Source of the DNA: Tetramitus jugosus
Lineage: Eukaryota > Protista > Heterolobosea
Assembly (NCBI GenBank): GCA_937625935.1
Contig: OW569350.1
Coordinates: 372,001 to 436,000 of the forward strand
Length of the DNA stretch: 64,000 bases
Direction of reading: 5' to 3'
Shown: positions 11,066 through 21,530 of the stretch, piece after piece
Layout: the number at the start of each line of letters is the position of its first letter
Numbering within the stretch: the first letter of the stretch is position 1
Notes under the pieces: model-generated
Database searches by the model: none
What the model was told of the DNA's origin: nothing
The model's input: only the letters and a program-made list of their open reading frames with translations
Made by a program: the position numbers and the translations under genes

Positions 11066-11833
11066 ATGCCTCTAATTTCTCTGTACGGTTCTCACAAGTC
11101 TTTCCAATGTTCAGTGTTGCCTGTCACATCTTTTGATATTACGACACAGTATCCATTGATGAATCTGACCAATGCAGCCGAGAACACGCATGGTCTTCCT
11201 GCTTGGTCTGGACAGGCAGAACTCGATGGTCGTATCAGGCTGGACAACAAGAATCGCAATTATTTCCAATTGTTCTGGGAGGGAAGGAAAAGAGCAGATA
11301 CTCCCAAATCTTCTCGCTTCTCCTTCATGATGTCGCCAGACAATGAAAGGAATCAGTTCTTCATGGTTTCAAAATCTGATGCAGAACAATTTATGGATCA
11401 TTTTGTGAGGAATGTCTTTCACTTTAATGTCAAGGAGAGTAATGACTTTATTACTCTGTTTCTTCCCCAACTCCAGTCGAGCTCCTTCAATCTGATCCAG
11501 TTTCTTGTCAACGAGCAGGTAGAGAATAATGTATCTCGCCTTATGGTGGAGCCTCAACCTGATCAAGTTATTCGAGTATATTTGATGTTTGAAGGATTTG
11601 AATCTCGGGAGCAACTCATTAGCAAGTACAACTTTACAATCATTGGAGATGAATCACTTATGTATTGTAACCCCGAGAAGAACCTCTATCTGAGCGATGT
11701 GTCGGGAAGAATTGAGGATGTAGAAGTGCCCGAGCATTTCAAGATGAATAGAGTCGATAATGCCGAGGATTTATTCACATTGACAGAATGGGGAGGTTGC
11801 AATATAGGAACATCGAATCTCGTCCTCAACTAA
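11066..11833 (+). CDS. Uncharacterised protein resembling the bacterial/fungal 'KPVIYLY...YLFWEG...EWGG' family
   Basis: Motif series MPLISLYG, YFQLFWEG, ESNDFITLFLP, VEPQPDQVIRVYLMF, LTEWGG, recognised from memory. Confidence 0.65.
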   Translation: MPLISLYGSHKSFQCSVLPVTSFDITTQYPLMNLTNAAENTHGLPAWSGQAELDGRIRLDNKNRNYFQLFWEGRKRADTPKSSRFSFMMSPDNERNQFFMVSKSDAEQFMDHFVRNVFHFNVKESNDFITLFLPQLQSSSFNLIQFLVNEQVENNVSRLMVEPQPDQVIRVYLMFEGFESREQLISKYNFTIIGDESLMYCNPEKNLYLSDVSGRIEDVEVPEHFKMNRVDNAEDLFTLTEWGGCNIGTSNLVLN

Positions 11834-12606
11834 GTCTGAGCTGCAACGATCTTATAATTCTCAAACAGACTCAATAATTCCTTCCAATTGCTCCAGTATT
11901 CTACCTTGCATCTCAACTTTTCCTCGCTCTGTAAAATGTGCTTCTCTAATCGATATCCTCTCCTAGCAAACAATAGATCATTCTGTCCTAGTCGCTTAGC
12001 AGCACAGAAATCATTCGAGCCGTCTCCCACGTAGACTATGAATGTTTCATTCGAATCGGCTTGTTGATCCACTTCTTGACTAATTAATCTCTCAATAATT
12101 TCTCCCTTGCACATGTTAACCGGGCATGTCAGACATTGGTGAGGCACATTGATATGGGCACAATAGTGAGTCAAATGCAGAGAATTATTGTCACAATGTA
12201 CGAGTGCAGGGTTGGTAAAAATCTGATGAACCAAATGATTCACCTGATGATGCTTCAGAATGGTCTCAATAAAGAACTGATTGGCATCTGAAACAATGCT
12301 CACAACATTCTTCACCGATTGACTCTCATCTCCCGAGATGGAAGACGAGTTGAGACCACTTAGGATCATTGCCATTTCAGGCTCGAAAGGACACCCACTC
12401 AAACATTGTTCCACATCTGCAATCTTCTTTGTAGTTAGCAACGAATCAATTAATTGTTGCATCAAATCCGTCCATTGTACACTCTCCTGCAACCGCCTCA
12501 TTTCCAACAGTAAATCCGGGTTGAGCTTCTCAAAGATGAAAACATCACTGTTCGCATCAATCATGGTCCAATCAAAATCAAAGATTACATGTCTTTCGGA
12601 TCTCAT
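11830..12606 (-). CDS. PHOSPHO1/2-like HAD phosphatase (pyridoxal-phosphate/phosphoethanolamine type)
   Basis: FDFDWTMIDANSD, IVSDANQFFI, CPVNMCKG, YVGDGSNDFC. First ATG at 12606. Confidence 0.9.
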   Translation of the reverse strand: MRSERHVIFDFDWTMIDANSDVFIFEKLNPDLLLEMRRLQESVQWTDLMQQLIDSLLTTKKIADVEQCLSGCPFEPEMAMILSGLNSSSISGDESQSVKNVVSIVSDANQFFIETILKHHQVNHLVHQIFTNPALVHCDNNSLHLTHYCAHINVPHQCLTCPVNMCKGEIIERLISQEVDQQADSNETFIVYVGDGSNDFCAAKRLGQNDLLFARRGYRLEKHILQSEEKLRCKVEYWSNWKELLSLFENYKIVAAQT

Positions 12607-12929
12607 TTTTTTGTCTCTTGTTGTTGATTCGATTTCTCTCTTGGAATGTTGATTTTTTGCATGTTGTAAACGGCGTTGATGGTTGACTATTTTTCGTTGA
12701 TGGCCAACCAGACCGGGCGAAGCATACAACTTATTATTGACTGTTTCACGTTTTGTTTTTTCTCGCACTGAAAATATCTACTGAGTTAGATACAACAACC
12801 AAACGGACACTTCAGAGAGATAAACCATAACACTACCTCTAGAAACAACACAATTAACTGCGATATCAGATAGTATTCTGTTTCACCAACCACAAAGCCA
12901 AGAAACCTTGAATCCTACGAGTGCTAACA

Positions 12930-14279
12930 ATGAATGCCATTCGAAAACATTTCAATCGAAGTGCACAAACGATTAAACGAAACATTGTGCCCTCTGGTAA
13001 GAGAACAGATCCTGACTATGATTTGCTTGTCAAGACGATTAACGATCAAATCAAGTCCCTTCGCCTCATGAACACCCACATCACACAATGGATCAAAATG
13101 TGCTCCTCCCAAATTGTTCACCTCAAAGTGTTAGCTCAAGATACGAGAACAGTGTATAGCGATCCAACCCAAAAGAAGAAGACAAAGAAAGTGACAAACT
13201 CCTCAGAAGAAGGAGAAGAGAGTTCCCCTGAAGACCTTCTATGTCAACCAAGAGAGCTCAAAATGGCTCAAATGATCCAAAGCATTGCAGAGAAACAAGA
13301 GCAGGATGTACTGAAGCCATTCACTGAAAAGTGCACAGAAATTCAAGCCGAAATTAAACAGTATTTGAACGATGTGAAGGCCATGTCAAGATCCAACAGC
13401 CTAAAGGTCAGGCATCGACGTTTGTTGGACTATGAGATGTATGAAGACAGGTGGAACACTGTGAGTACTAGACCGAGAAAGACCACAAAAGAAATGGCCA
13501 TTCATGACGATGCAAAAGTGCTGTACATGAATGCCAAAGAAGCATTCGAAGAAGCAGATAATCAAGCAAAGAGAGAGATGAGAGAGGTGATACTTCAGAG
13601 ATATAGTCGGCTGCATTCTCTGCTGGTGAAGCTGTACAGTGAGGCAATGGCTGACTACTATGATTTAATGTCAACTTCGGCTCGTGCGTTCAGACAGATT
13701 GGGTCAGTAGAACCATTGGATCCATTGTCGCATGAACTTCAGCAAGATGCCCATTCAGCGTCCTTGGCAGATGATACCATTGGAGGTTTCGCCCATTACT
13801 TACCTCCTCCTGTGATGTCATCGAGTCAATCCTCTCGTTCGACAATAGATGTTCCAGAAGTGTCAATGAGTTCTGACCAGACACCTTATCCTATGGATGA
13901 TCAATCATTTGCCAGTTCTCTGCCCTATCCAGCACCGGTTGATTCTCGATCCAATAGCAATCGAAGCTCTGTTTCTTCCTCTGACCAAATACAACCAACA
14001 ACCACAACCGATACGAACAAGAAATCCCAGAGCAGTCCACGCCCACCTTCGGAAAAGTATGCCAACATCAAGTTTCGAAATCCCATGACTCCAGATCACT
14101 TGAATGTCGATTGGTACTACAAGGATTCTGACGGATCAAAGATGGGACCGGTTCCCTTCTCTGAGTTGAGAGAATTGAAACACAAGGGCACCATAGGAGA
14201 TAAAACAATGATCTTGGGTGATGGTCTATCAGATTGGACACCACTGCAAGAAGATCCTGAACTGGTCATGTACCTATAG
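12930..14279 (+). CDS. BAR-domain protein with C-terminal GYF_2 domain
   Basis: Amphiphysin-like helical N-terminus (RTDPDYD...RHRRLLDYE), Ser/Pro linker, and C-terminal WYYKDSDGSKMGPVPFSELREL...GLSDWTPL. Confidence 0.75.
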   Translation: MNAIRKHFNRSAQTIKRNIVPSGKRTDPDYDLLVKTINDQIKSLRLMNTHITQWIKMCSSQIVHLKVLAQDTRTVYSDPTQKKKTKKVTNSSEEGEESSPEDLLCQPRELKMAQMIQSIAEKQEQDVLKPFTEKCTEIQAEIKQYLNDVKAMSRSNSLKVRHRRLLDYEMYEDRWNTVSTRPRKTTKEMAIHDDAKVLYMNAKEAFEEADNQAKREMREVILQRYSRLHSLLVKLYSEAMADYYDLMSTSARAFRQIGSVEPLDPLSHELQQDAHSASLADDTIGGFAHYLPPPVMSSSQSSRSTIDVPEVSMSSDQTPYPMDDQSFASSLPYPAPVDSRSNSNRSSVSSSDQIQPTTTTDTNKKSQSSPRPPSEKYANIKFRNPMTPDHLNVDWYYKDSDGSKMGPVPFSELRELKHKGTIGDKTMILGDGLSDWTPLQEDPELVMYL

Positions 14280-14428
14280 GTTGTTTGTTCACTGTTTCTT
14301 TTGCTCCGTACACAAGATAAAGGAAATAAGCTTTACAAAAATGGATTTTATAGTAAAAAGATTATCTGAGAGATGTAGACAATCTACAGATTCATCAACT
14401 CTATACAGGCGCAAAAGTTGTTAACTAT

Positions 14429-15391
14429 TTACAATTGAGCTCTAGCAGTGTACATGTTTTGCTCAATTTGGCACTCATCGCTGTTTCTCTTGATCCAGAA
14501 GAAACCGTTCAAGCCCCACTCTGGTCCCCAAGAGTTGGCAACAATCCAGTATGGAAGGTTGGAGTGAGAGTCAACACCCCATCCGACAATCTTGATGGCA
14601 TGACCACCCAACAAGCTTCCGCTCACGTGATGGTAGACACCAGAAGAGTATTGCATAAAGTCTTGGTAGACCATGAATCCGGACATGATTGGGCCGTGAG
14701 TCATAATGTCTTCTTGAACAGCTTCCATATCCTTGGCATGGAAGTTCTTGATGGAGTGAGAGTCAGCCTTGTAGAGCTTCAATGCAGATCCGTCAGTGCA
14801 TGTGCTTCTGCAGCTTGGAACATCACCTGAACCAGAGACATAAGGCCAGCATCTGTCTTCAACAGTACCAGTGGTGCTCAAGAACTTCCACAAGCTGTCC
14901 AAGTTACCACCGTTGCATCCCATGTCGTACTTGTCGCAACTGACCATGAATTGAGGGGAGAGAACAGTGTTGACTGTTCCGTTGGAGGCAATGCAGAAAC
15001 GATCGCTCAACATTTCAGAGGAAGAGAATGCCCAGCAGCTACCACATTGTTGTTGGTTTCTGATTGGATGGATGCACTTGGACCATTGTTGTCTTGAGTC
15101 AAAGTTGGTTGGAATACTCTTCTTCAAGCTCTTGCTGAAAAAGTTGTAATGGGATTCGCTTTCGGCAGCGTACATGGATGGTCTGACTTGGTTGGTCAAG
15201 TAAGCACCAAACATGTGACCTACGTCGCCTACAGTCTTTCCTTGGAACTTTTTGTAGGCGGTGGCCTTCCATGCAGCAGTAGGGTGAGTGTTGATGGTGT
15301 GGATCAACTCTTCGTCGTTCAAGTTAATGTAGGTGAATGCAACACCAATCATGCAAAAGAATGCAATCAAGAGAACTGAAAGCTTCAACAT
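14429..15391 (-). CDS. Cathepsin B-like cysteine protease (C1A) without the His-His occluding loop
   Basis: Signal peptide and propeptide, QQQCGSCWAFS, GCNGG, GGHAIKIVGWG, WIVANSWG. Confidence 0.95.
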   Translation of the reverse strand: MLKLSVLLIAFFCMIGVAFTYINLNDEELIHTINTHPTAAWKATAYKKFQGKTVGDVGHMFGAYLTNQVRPSMYAAESESHYNFFSKSLKKSIPTNFDSRQQWSKCIHPIRNQQQCGSCWAFSSSEMLSDRFCIASNGTVNTVLSPQFMVSCDKYDMGCNGGNLDSLWKFLSTTGTVEDRCWPYVSGSGDVPSCRSTCTDGSALKLYKADSHSIKNFHAKDMEAVQEDIMTHGPIMSGFMVYQDFMQYSSGVYHHVSGSLLGGHAIKIVGWGVDSHSNLPYWIVANSWGPEWGLNGFFWIKRNSDECQIEQNMYTARAQL

Positions 15392-15803
15392 TTTGTTTGT
15401 AGTATGAGTATTTAGAGTTTGTTAGTTTGTTGGTTTGGTGAGAAGGGAAGTGAATTTGGCAAAATACGGTCTCGCTTTATAACGGGAGCGAAGAAACGGA
15501 AATCCTACCCGATCGCTCGAATTCCAGGGGGATGTCAACTCCGTTCTTCTCATCTTGTGTCAAATTCCAGTGGAGTTTCGAAACTCCGTTCGCTTGTGCA
15601 TTCTCCTGAATTACTCCGCCGAATCGCGAAATCCAACAAACTCCTTGAAGGTCATTTGGCCGATCAATCAATTTTTAGTTTTGGATCCAAAAACATCTTT
15701 TGTAACCAACCAAGATGATATCGATAGCCTTTTGCTGTGGAACCTGGCAATTGAGAAATTCTGAACACGCAACTCACTATTGATACCTGGATTTATATCA
15801 ATC

Positions 15804-16830
15804 ATGAACAAACTGTATTTCATTGATCATTCAAAAGCAGAACGATGCTTCCATTCTCTCGACATGTGGTACTTTTATGAGAAAGAGTTGCTAACTGATG
15901 TTGTTCTGAATTTTACTTATGAAGGAAATCGCAAGCAAGAGATCAAGTGCCATCGATTGGTTCTCTGTGCTGCCAGTCCAGTCTTCTATAGTATGCTTGT
16001 TCGAAAGGAGGGATCCATGAATTGGCTGGAGAGCTCATCCCTCGTGATTGATATGTCACTATCGGATAATTTTTGGTCAGCGATTGGCTTTGATGTGGTG
16101 AAACAAGTATGTGTAGTATTCTTCTTTCACTTTTTCATATCGATATGAGTTGATCGAACCTTTTGTTGGTAAAATATTGTAGGTTATTGAATACTTGTAT
16201 ACAAGGAAGATTCGGTTGACTGTTCATAATCTGATCCCTGTGCAGATGGTGGCACACATGTATCAGTTAGACTCTCTGATGTCCGCATGTACAGAAGCTC
16301 TCAAAGAGCATATCCAGATGGAAAACGTGGTTTCCATGATGCACTATGCAAACACCTTGATGATATCTAATTTAGAATCTGCTTGTATTCAGTTTATTGC
16401 TCGTCATTTCCAAGAAATTGCATTGGTGGATGATATGAGGAGAGAACTCTTCTCTCTGACACAACCAACAATAACCGAAATGCTATCATCGAACCAGTTA
16501 AGCATTGATGATGAGTGTCAATTGTGTCATTTTCTCTGTGAGTGGGCCCAACATCCGGGAGTGGAAGAAAATGACTGTTTATCCAACAAAACAAAGAGAG
16601 AACAATTGGATGAATTGTTGTGTGAATGTCTTCGATTGCCCACGGCCACACGATCTCAATTAGAACAACTATTGCTACAGGTGGACAATGTAGAAAGGTT
16701 AAAATGGTTAAAGGAGAGTTCGGTCTTTCGAGTAATACTGAGTGAAGCCCTGGAACATAAGCAGCAACCAAAGATTTACCGAGATCAACAAACAAGGTTC
16801 CAACGTCGGTTGATCCACAAAAAACCATGA
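15804..16830 (+). CDS. BTB/POZ-BACK protein; intron 16107-16182
   Basis: TDVVL...IKCHRLVLCAASPVFYSM. Splicing gives VKQ-VIEYLYT. BACK-like LSSNQLSIDDE...LRLP follows. Confidence 0.85.
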
Positions 16831-17114
16831 ACCACTATTGTGTGACAGGTCTTAGTGGCCATCCATGGAGCCACAACTTTAAATATTGCAACTCAGTAAT
16901 ATCTTCGCATCAAATCATGTGAGAAATGTAGAAAGAAGAAAGATAAACTTTAGTTTTCTTGTTCTTTATCTGATTCATACATAAAGTAGTTTTCCAGTCT
17001 AAACAGTAGTTCACCATTACAAAAAAACCATGAACCACCCATTCAGTCTGGTTTTATAGCCATTCATGGAACCACAACTGTAAATATTGCAACTTAGTAA
17101 TACCTTCACATCAA
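16818..17114 (-). repeat. Two diverged direct repeats of ~95 nt (16818-16913 and 17020-17114); candidate structured small RNAs
   Basis: The copies align by eye (CCATGAACCAC...GCCATYCATGGARCCACAACTKTAAATATTGCAACTYAGTAATAYCTTCRCATCAA). Two hairpins and a T6/T7 end on the minus strand. Confidence 0.85.
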
Positions 17115-17396
17115 TATTGACTCAATTTTCCGCAACAATTTTGAGCTTATAAATAGATTATTTGAGCCAAAAGTAAACAACCATCTGGCTGGGACATTGC
17201 ACCCAACAAACACACATTGCTGCTTTTTTCATTCAAAACCAATAAATATTTATCTGTCCCCATCAATAGACATAAAACAAGCACTCTTCACACCGAGAAA
17301 CTTCCACACAAAACACTTTTAAGGAAGTTCGTTGTAAAGTACCACTCAACCACCAAAATTACCAGTACTCTGTATAATTTCATACTCTGCACACCA

Positions 17397-18557
17397 ATGA
17401 GCAGTCTAGTTGAATCACTCAACTTCTCTACCAATTGTCATCATCTCCTCACTAATAGTCCTCCCATGTCAACGACAACCTCCTGCCTGCGCAACAACAT
17501 GTTTCGGTTAGATCCTCTCCAGTTTGAGGACGAACTGATGGACATGATGGTTGACGACAATATTGTCGAGCAGGATTCAGAAATTGTTCTGAGTGTGTCA
17601 TATCCAACGACGTCGTCCTTTAGCCACAACGATCAAACCAACCACCATTGTACATATCACAATATTAATAATCACGAAACGAACAATGAACGATCAACCA
17701 CTCGTTCTGATAGGATTCAAGCTCACAGAAAATACTCCATTGATAATAACTCCGACACAGACTTTACAATTATTCTCCCTGAAAATGCTCTGGCTTTGCA
17801 TGTGCATCGCCAAGTGTTAACCAAGAGCTCAATGTTCTTCGAAGCTTGTTTCCACTGTGGAATGATAGAAGCATTGACAGGAGAGATGATACTGTCAACG
17901 GGATCAGTCCAACCAGAAGAAACAGAACTGCAAGACATCGAAGAAGAAATAGGTGACAAGAGAAATGCCTCTGAAACAAGTTCAAACGAAGAGAGACTAT
18001 TCCACGATATGATTCACAGTTTTTACAGTGGAGATTTCAGTCATGTCCCTATGACTCATGCTTCAAAGCTCGTTTCTCTCATGAATCAGTATCAGGTCTC
18101 TCAGGATCGGACACGGCGCTTGTTGAGGCACATGGAGCTCAATTTGACCTTTGAACATGTTCTGTCAGTGTTTGAGATACCAGAGTTCTTGCTGGAGCAG
18201 TGCATATGCGGTCAAAAGCTACTCGCACGAGCCAACACGGTTCTAAAAGACAAGGAAGGATCCAAGAGTGTGTTCACAGAGAACATTCACTTTGATTTGG
18301 GCATGGATTTGTTAGTTCCCATGCTTCAAAGTTTTGTAACAATAGACAACTATCGTTCGGCCAACGAATTCATTGCAAAGTGGCTGTCTCATGAGCAAAC
18401 CATGAGAGCAGAGTTCGCAGATCAATTGTACAGTATAACGAGGTCTTTCGAAGAGAAGGACAGCAACAATAGGCCTCCTCAACGAACAGACGTTGTTCCA
18501 GAAATGCTTCGAACAAGCTTGAATAAGCACGTAAGATCAAAGTCATCCAATGCATAA
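17397..18557 (+). CDS. BTB/POZ domain protein
   Basis: TDFTIIL...LHVHRQVLTKSSMFFEACFHCGMIEA...MIHSFYSG. First ATG at 17397. Confidence 0.8.
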   Translation: MSSLVESLNFSTNCHHLLTNSPPMSTTTSCLRNNMFRLDPLQFEDELMDMMVDDNIVEQDSEIVLSVSYPTTSSFSHNDQTNHHCTYHNINNHETNNERSTTRSDRIQAHRKYSIDNNSDTDFTIILPENALALHVHRQVLTKSSMFFEACFHCGMIEALTGEMILSTGSVQPEETELQDIEEEIGDKRNASETSSNEERLFHDMIHSFYSGDFSHVPMTHASKLVSLMNQYQVSQDRTRRLLRHMELNLTFEHVLSVFEIPEFLLEQCICGQKLLARANTVLKDKEGSKSVFTENIHFDLGMDLLVPMLQSFVTIDNYRSANEFIAKWLSHEQTMRAEFADQLYSITRSFEEKDSNNRPPQRTDVVPEMLRTSLNKHVRSKSSNA

Positions 18558-18629
18558 ATGATTGAGTTTTGTCCTTTATTCAAAATGGTTTGTGTGTGTG
18601 TTCTGGCAAGCAACTTATGACTGCCCATT

Positions 18630-19652
18630 TTATTCTTCTTGTTCCTTCAAACTTACCAACCGTTTCTTCATTGGTGGTGATGTTGAAGACCGTGATGAGG
18701 ATGACGCCGAAGGAGCGACCTCTGTTGTTGAACAAGAGCCACATGATCCTTGCTTCTCTTCCTCCATTGTTATTGTGTGCAACAACAAGGATGAAAACGA
18801 CGACGATGATGATGATGATGGTGGTAGTGGTGGCAATGGTGATGAAGAATTGACTTGCATCACATGGTAATAGTCATTCACGTCATCACTACCAACAGAC
18901 ACTCGTTTCCTCTTCTTTTCAAAGCTCATGCGCAAAATGTGTTTCCTATTGTTCAAAAATGACTTTTTCTGACGGTCGGTCATTCGTGGTGTGCACAGGG
19001 AGGCTATCGGCTTTGAATAATGCTTATTATTGTTGTTATTGTTATTACTACTATTATGATTCGTGTCACTACCATCTTTCACCTGTTGTTGTTGTTGTTG
19101 TTGTTGTTGTTGATAAAGAAGATGATGCACTAAAAAATATTCATCACCTTGTTCATCGACATGTTGAGCAGCATTGACGTCCTTATTATTATTATTATTA
19201 TTACTACTCCTACTACCACTCGTACTCTTACCATCCTTCATTTTTCGCATGGTCTCCTTTGTGCTGTTGATATGATAGCAACTGTCATCATCATCGAATT
19301 GACTATTGTGTTGTGAATTGAACGCATGAACAATTCCGGGACTCAACGGTGAAACATCTTCAATCACAATTTTTTTGACATTGTGCTTGATCATGTACTC
19401 TCGTGAGACAACAGTCTGACTCTGAAGATTCATATCAAATATTCGATCATTGATAATGGGATGATGGTGTTGATAGAGTTGATGAATGCACGTGGATAGT
19501 TGAATAATCTCTCGTTGGAGTTCACTCGGATTCGGTATGTACAACAATTGTGTCAATTGTATGTTTCTGCGTTGATGCAGTGGCTTAGTGAGATGAAGGC
19601 TTTTTTTTTCATTGTATTTTGTTTGTACAATTTGTTTGGTGGATGGGTGCAT
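18630..19652 (-). CDS. Hypothetical low-complexity (poly-N/Q/S) protein
   Basis: 340-aa open frame with basic NLS-like patches (KKRKR, KKRL); no domain recognised. Confidence 0.55.
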   Translation of the reverse strand: MHPSTKQIVQTKYNEKKSLHLTKPLHQRRNIQLTQLLYIPNPSELQREIIQLSTCIHQLYQHHHPIINDRIFDMNLQSQTVVSREYMIKHNVKKIVIEDVSPLSPGIVHAFNSQHNSQFDDDDSCYHINSTKETMRKMKDGKSTSGSRSSNNNNNNKDVNAAQHVDEQGDEYFLVHHLLYQQQQQQQQQQVKDGSDTNHNSSNNNNNNNKHYSKPIASLCTPRMTDRQKKSFLNNRKHILRMSFEKKRKRVSVGSDDVNDYYHVMQVNSSSPLPPLPPSSSSSSSFSSLLLHTITMEEEKQGSCGSCSTTEVAPSASSSSRSSTSPPMKKRLVSLKEQEE

Positions 19653-20146
19653 GTTATTGTATGGTTATTGTATGACAATGTATATGAAGTAGTGTATATG
19701 AAGAAGAAGAGGAATGGGTGGTTGGGAGAGAGTGTGATGGTGGTGTTGTTTTTTTTTGTCAGTTGACTAGTTTTTCTGCTGTCTGTCTGTTGTCTTCTCC
19801 TACACACCTATCAACGACAACAACTGGGGGGGAGTGCTTAGCTTATGAGAGTGGAAGAAAATGGAGGAATAGCTAAGTAGGTTGTGTGCTTGTGAGAAAG
19901 CTTTGGTTTTGGTTGTTGGTGATGTTGTTGTTGTTCCCTGATGGGGTGAAGTTGTGTGTCTTGGTTTTTTTTGTTTGAAGAACCTTCGTAGCTTTTGTCC
20001 CTTCGAAATGCTTTTTTTCGAGGAGGCCCGGAGTATTTTACTGTCGGAGTGAAGAAGCGAACTTCAATGACTGTGTTTTGGGCTCAAAAAACGAAAAAGC
20101 ACACAGAGATTGATTATTGAGGCATCAACCATTATCAACAACAAAT

Positions 20147-20952
20147 ATGACACGAAAACTTTTACTTGTATATCCTTTCATCCTCATCTATGTGCTCTAT
20201 ATTTTGTCATCTGTGTTTGATGGATCTGGATTACGAAAATCTCCATTGAATCTTGGATCATCGTCGTTGCTAGTCAATGCAATAGAAGTGCCTATTCCGA
20301 CGTGTAATCAAACTGGACTTGTTCACAATGAGACTGATTGTTTGATGTATGATCCGAATGAAGCTCATGTGCCTTGTTCTGAAGTGTATGTTTTATGAGT
20401 TGTTAGTTATGTTAGCTTTGTGTTTCTATGTGGCATTGTAAGCTTTCTTTGTTGTTTGTTGAGTGGCCCGCCATTTTTTTTTATGGTTGACTCCATTGCT
20501 GTTAGTTAGCTTATGCTATGTTCATCTTGTTTTCTGACTGACATCTTGTTGTTTGTGATTTTGTCAATAGACCTGCTGAGTTTAGGACGTGCTATTTTGT
20601 TCCAAAGTCATGCAAGCAATTCGCTGGTCGTGCCTATGAACCAGTGCTACAAACGGGACAATTGAACTGTACGGTGAACGCGGGAATCGACTGTCTAGGC
20701 GACACTAACTTTTTAGTGTATAATTATCCGTGCATGTTCCGGAACGGTATCCATTTTACAACGGTGATAGTCACCAGTGTGTTTGTTGGCTTGTTTGGTG
20801 TGGATCGGTTCTATCTCGGTCATATGTGCTGTGGTCTAGCAAAGCTGTTCACTCTGGGTGGAATCGGTGTGTGGTGGTTTGTTGACTTGGTTCTGTTGTT
20901 GGCCGGTGTGACTCGGCCTGCTGATGAGAGCTCCTGGGAAGGTGTATACTAG
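20147..20952 (+). CDS. TM2 domain protein (TM2D-like); intron 20386-20570
   Basis: N-terminal hydrophobic segment, Cys-rich region (spliced CSEVPAEFRTC), and GLFGVDRFYLG...KLFTLGGIGVWWFVD. Confidence 0.9.
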
Positions 20953-21038
20953 TCTTATCCAGTAATCGAAAATGCAATGCTAAGATGATAGAATAAAACA
21001 AACTCGTTAAATTATTACTATTTATTGTCAGAAAATTC

Positions 21039-21425
21039 CTAAAGCTCTTTATCTTGTTTCTCTCTGGGAGTTGAAGGAGAAAAGTGATGATCGTGCTGTT
21101 GTTGTGTCCGCTGTTGTGCAGCTTCATTGTTTGGGGCTTGGTTTTGGAGCTCTTTTGTTTTGTAAGCAATGTATCCATCTTGCATGAGATCGGTGATTCT
21201 CTTGTAAAGCCCACGACACGAACTTTGTTGCGACAGGGTCATTTCATCGTTTGTCGCAGAGGAAGACGGCGAATGCACTTGGTTGTTGCTTGCTTGCCAT
21301 TTTTTCTCGTCCAGTTTGCATGTGGTCATTTCACTCCACAATTTAAGAAATTTGGGTTGTTTGATACCTGTGGAGATACTGGCCAGGTCATGCTCAGAAT
21401 TATCGGGTGATGTTTTGTTGCTCAT
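21039..21425 (-). CDS. Hypothetical protein, 128 aa
   Basis: ATG-initiated frame filling the intergenic gap; no domain recognised. Confidence 0.45.
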   Translation of the reverse strand: MSNKTSPDNSEHDLASISTGIKQPKFLKLWSEMTTCKLDEKKWQASNNQVHSPSSSATNDEMTLSQQSSCRGLYKRITDLMQDGYIAYKTKELQNQAPNNEAAQQRTQQQHDHHFSPSTPREKQDKEL

Positions 21426-21530
21426 GATTCGTTTGATTCTTGATTGTTTTCTTTGGGTGGATTTTTGAAATAAAAGACTTGAGTCTCAGCCGTTGAAAAA
21501 AGATGTTTAATGTTTGGGTTGACTGTGAGT

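Noticed and set aside
15572-15587. Perfect 16-bp palindrome GGAGTTTCGAAACTCC
   Set aside because: Single occurrence with no supporting context.
16825-16868. TGA stop followed by a hairpin, as a possible SECIS or readthrough signal
   Set aside because: There is no GA quartet or apical AA, further stops follow within a few codons, and pairing favours the opposite strand.
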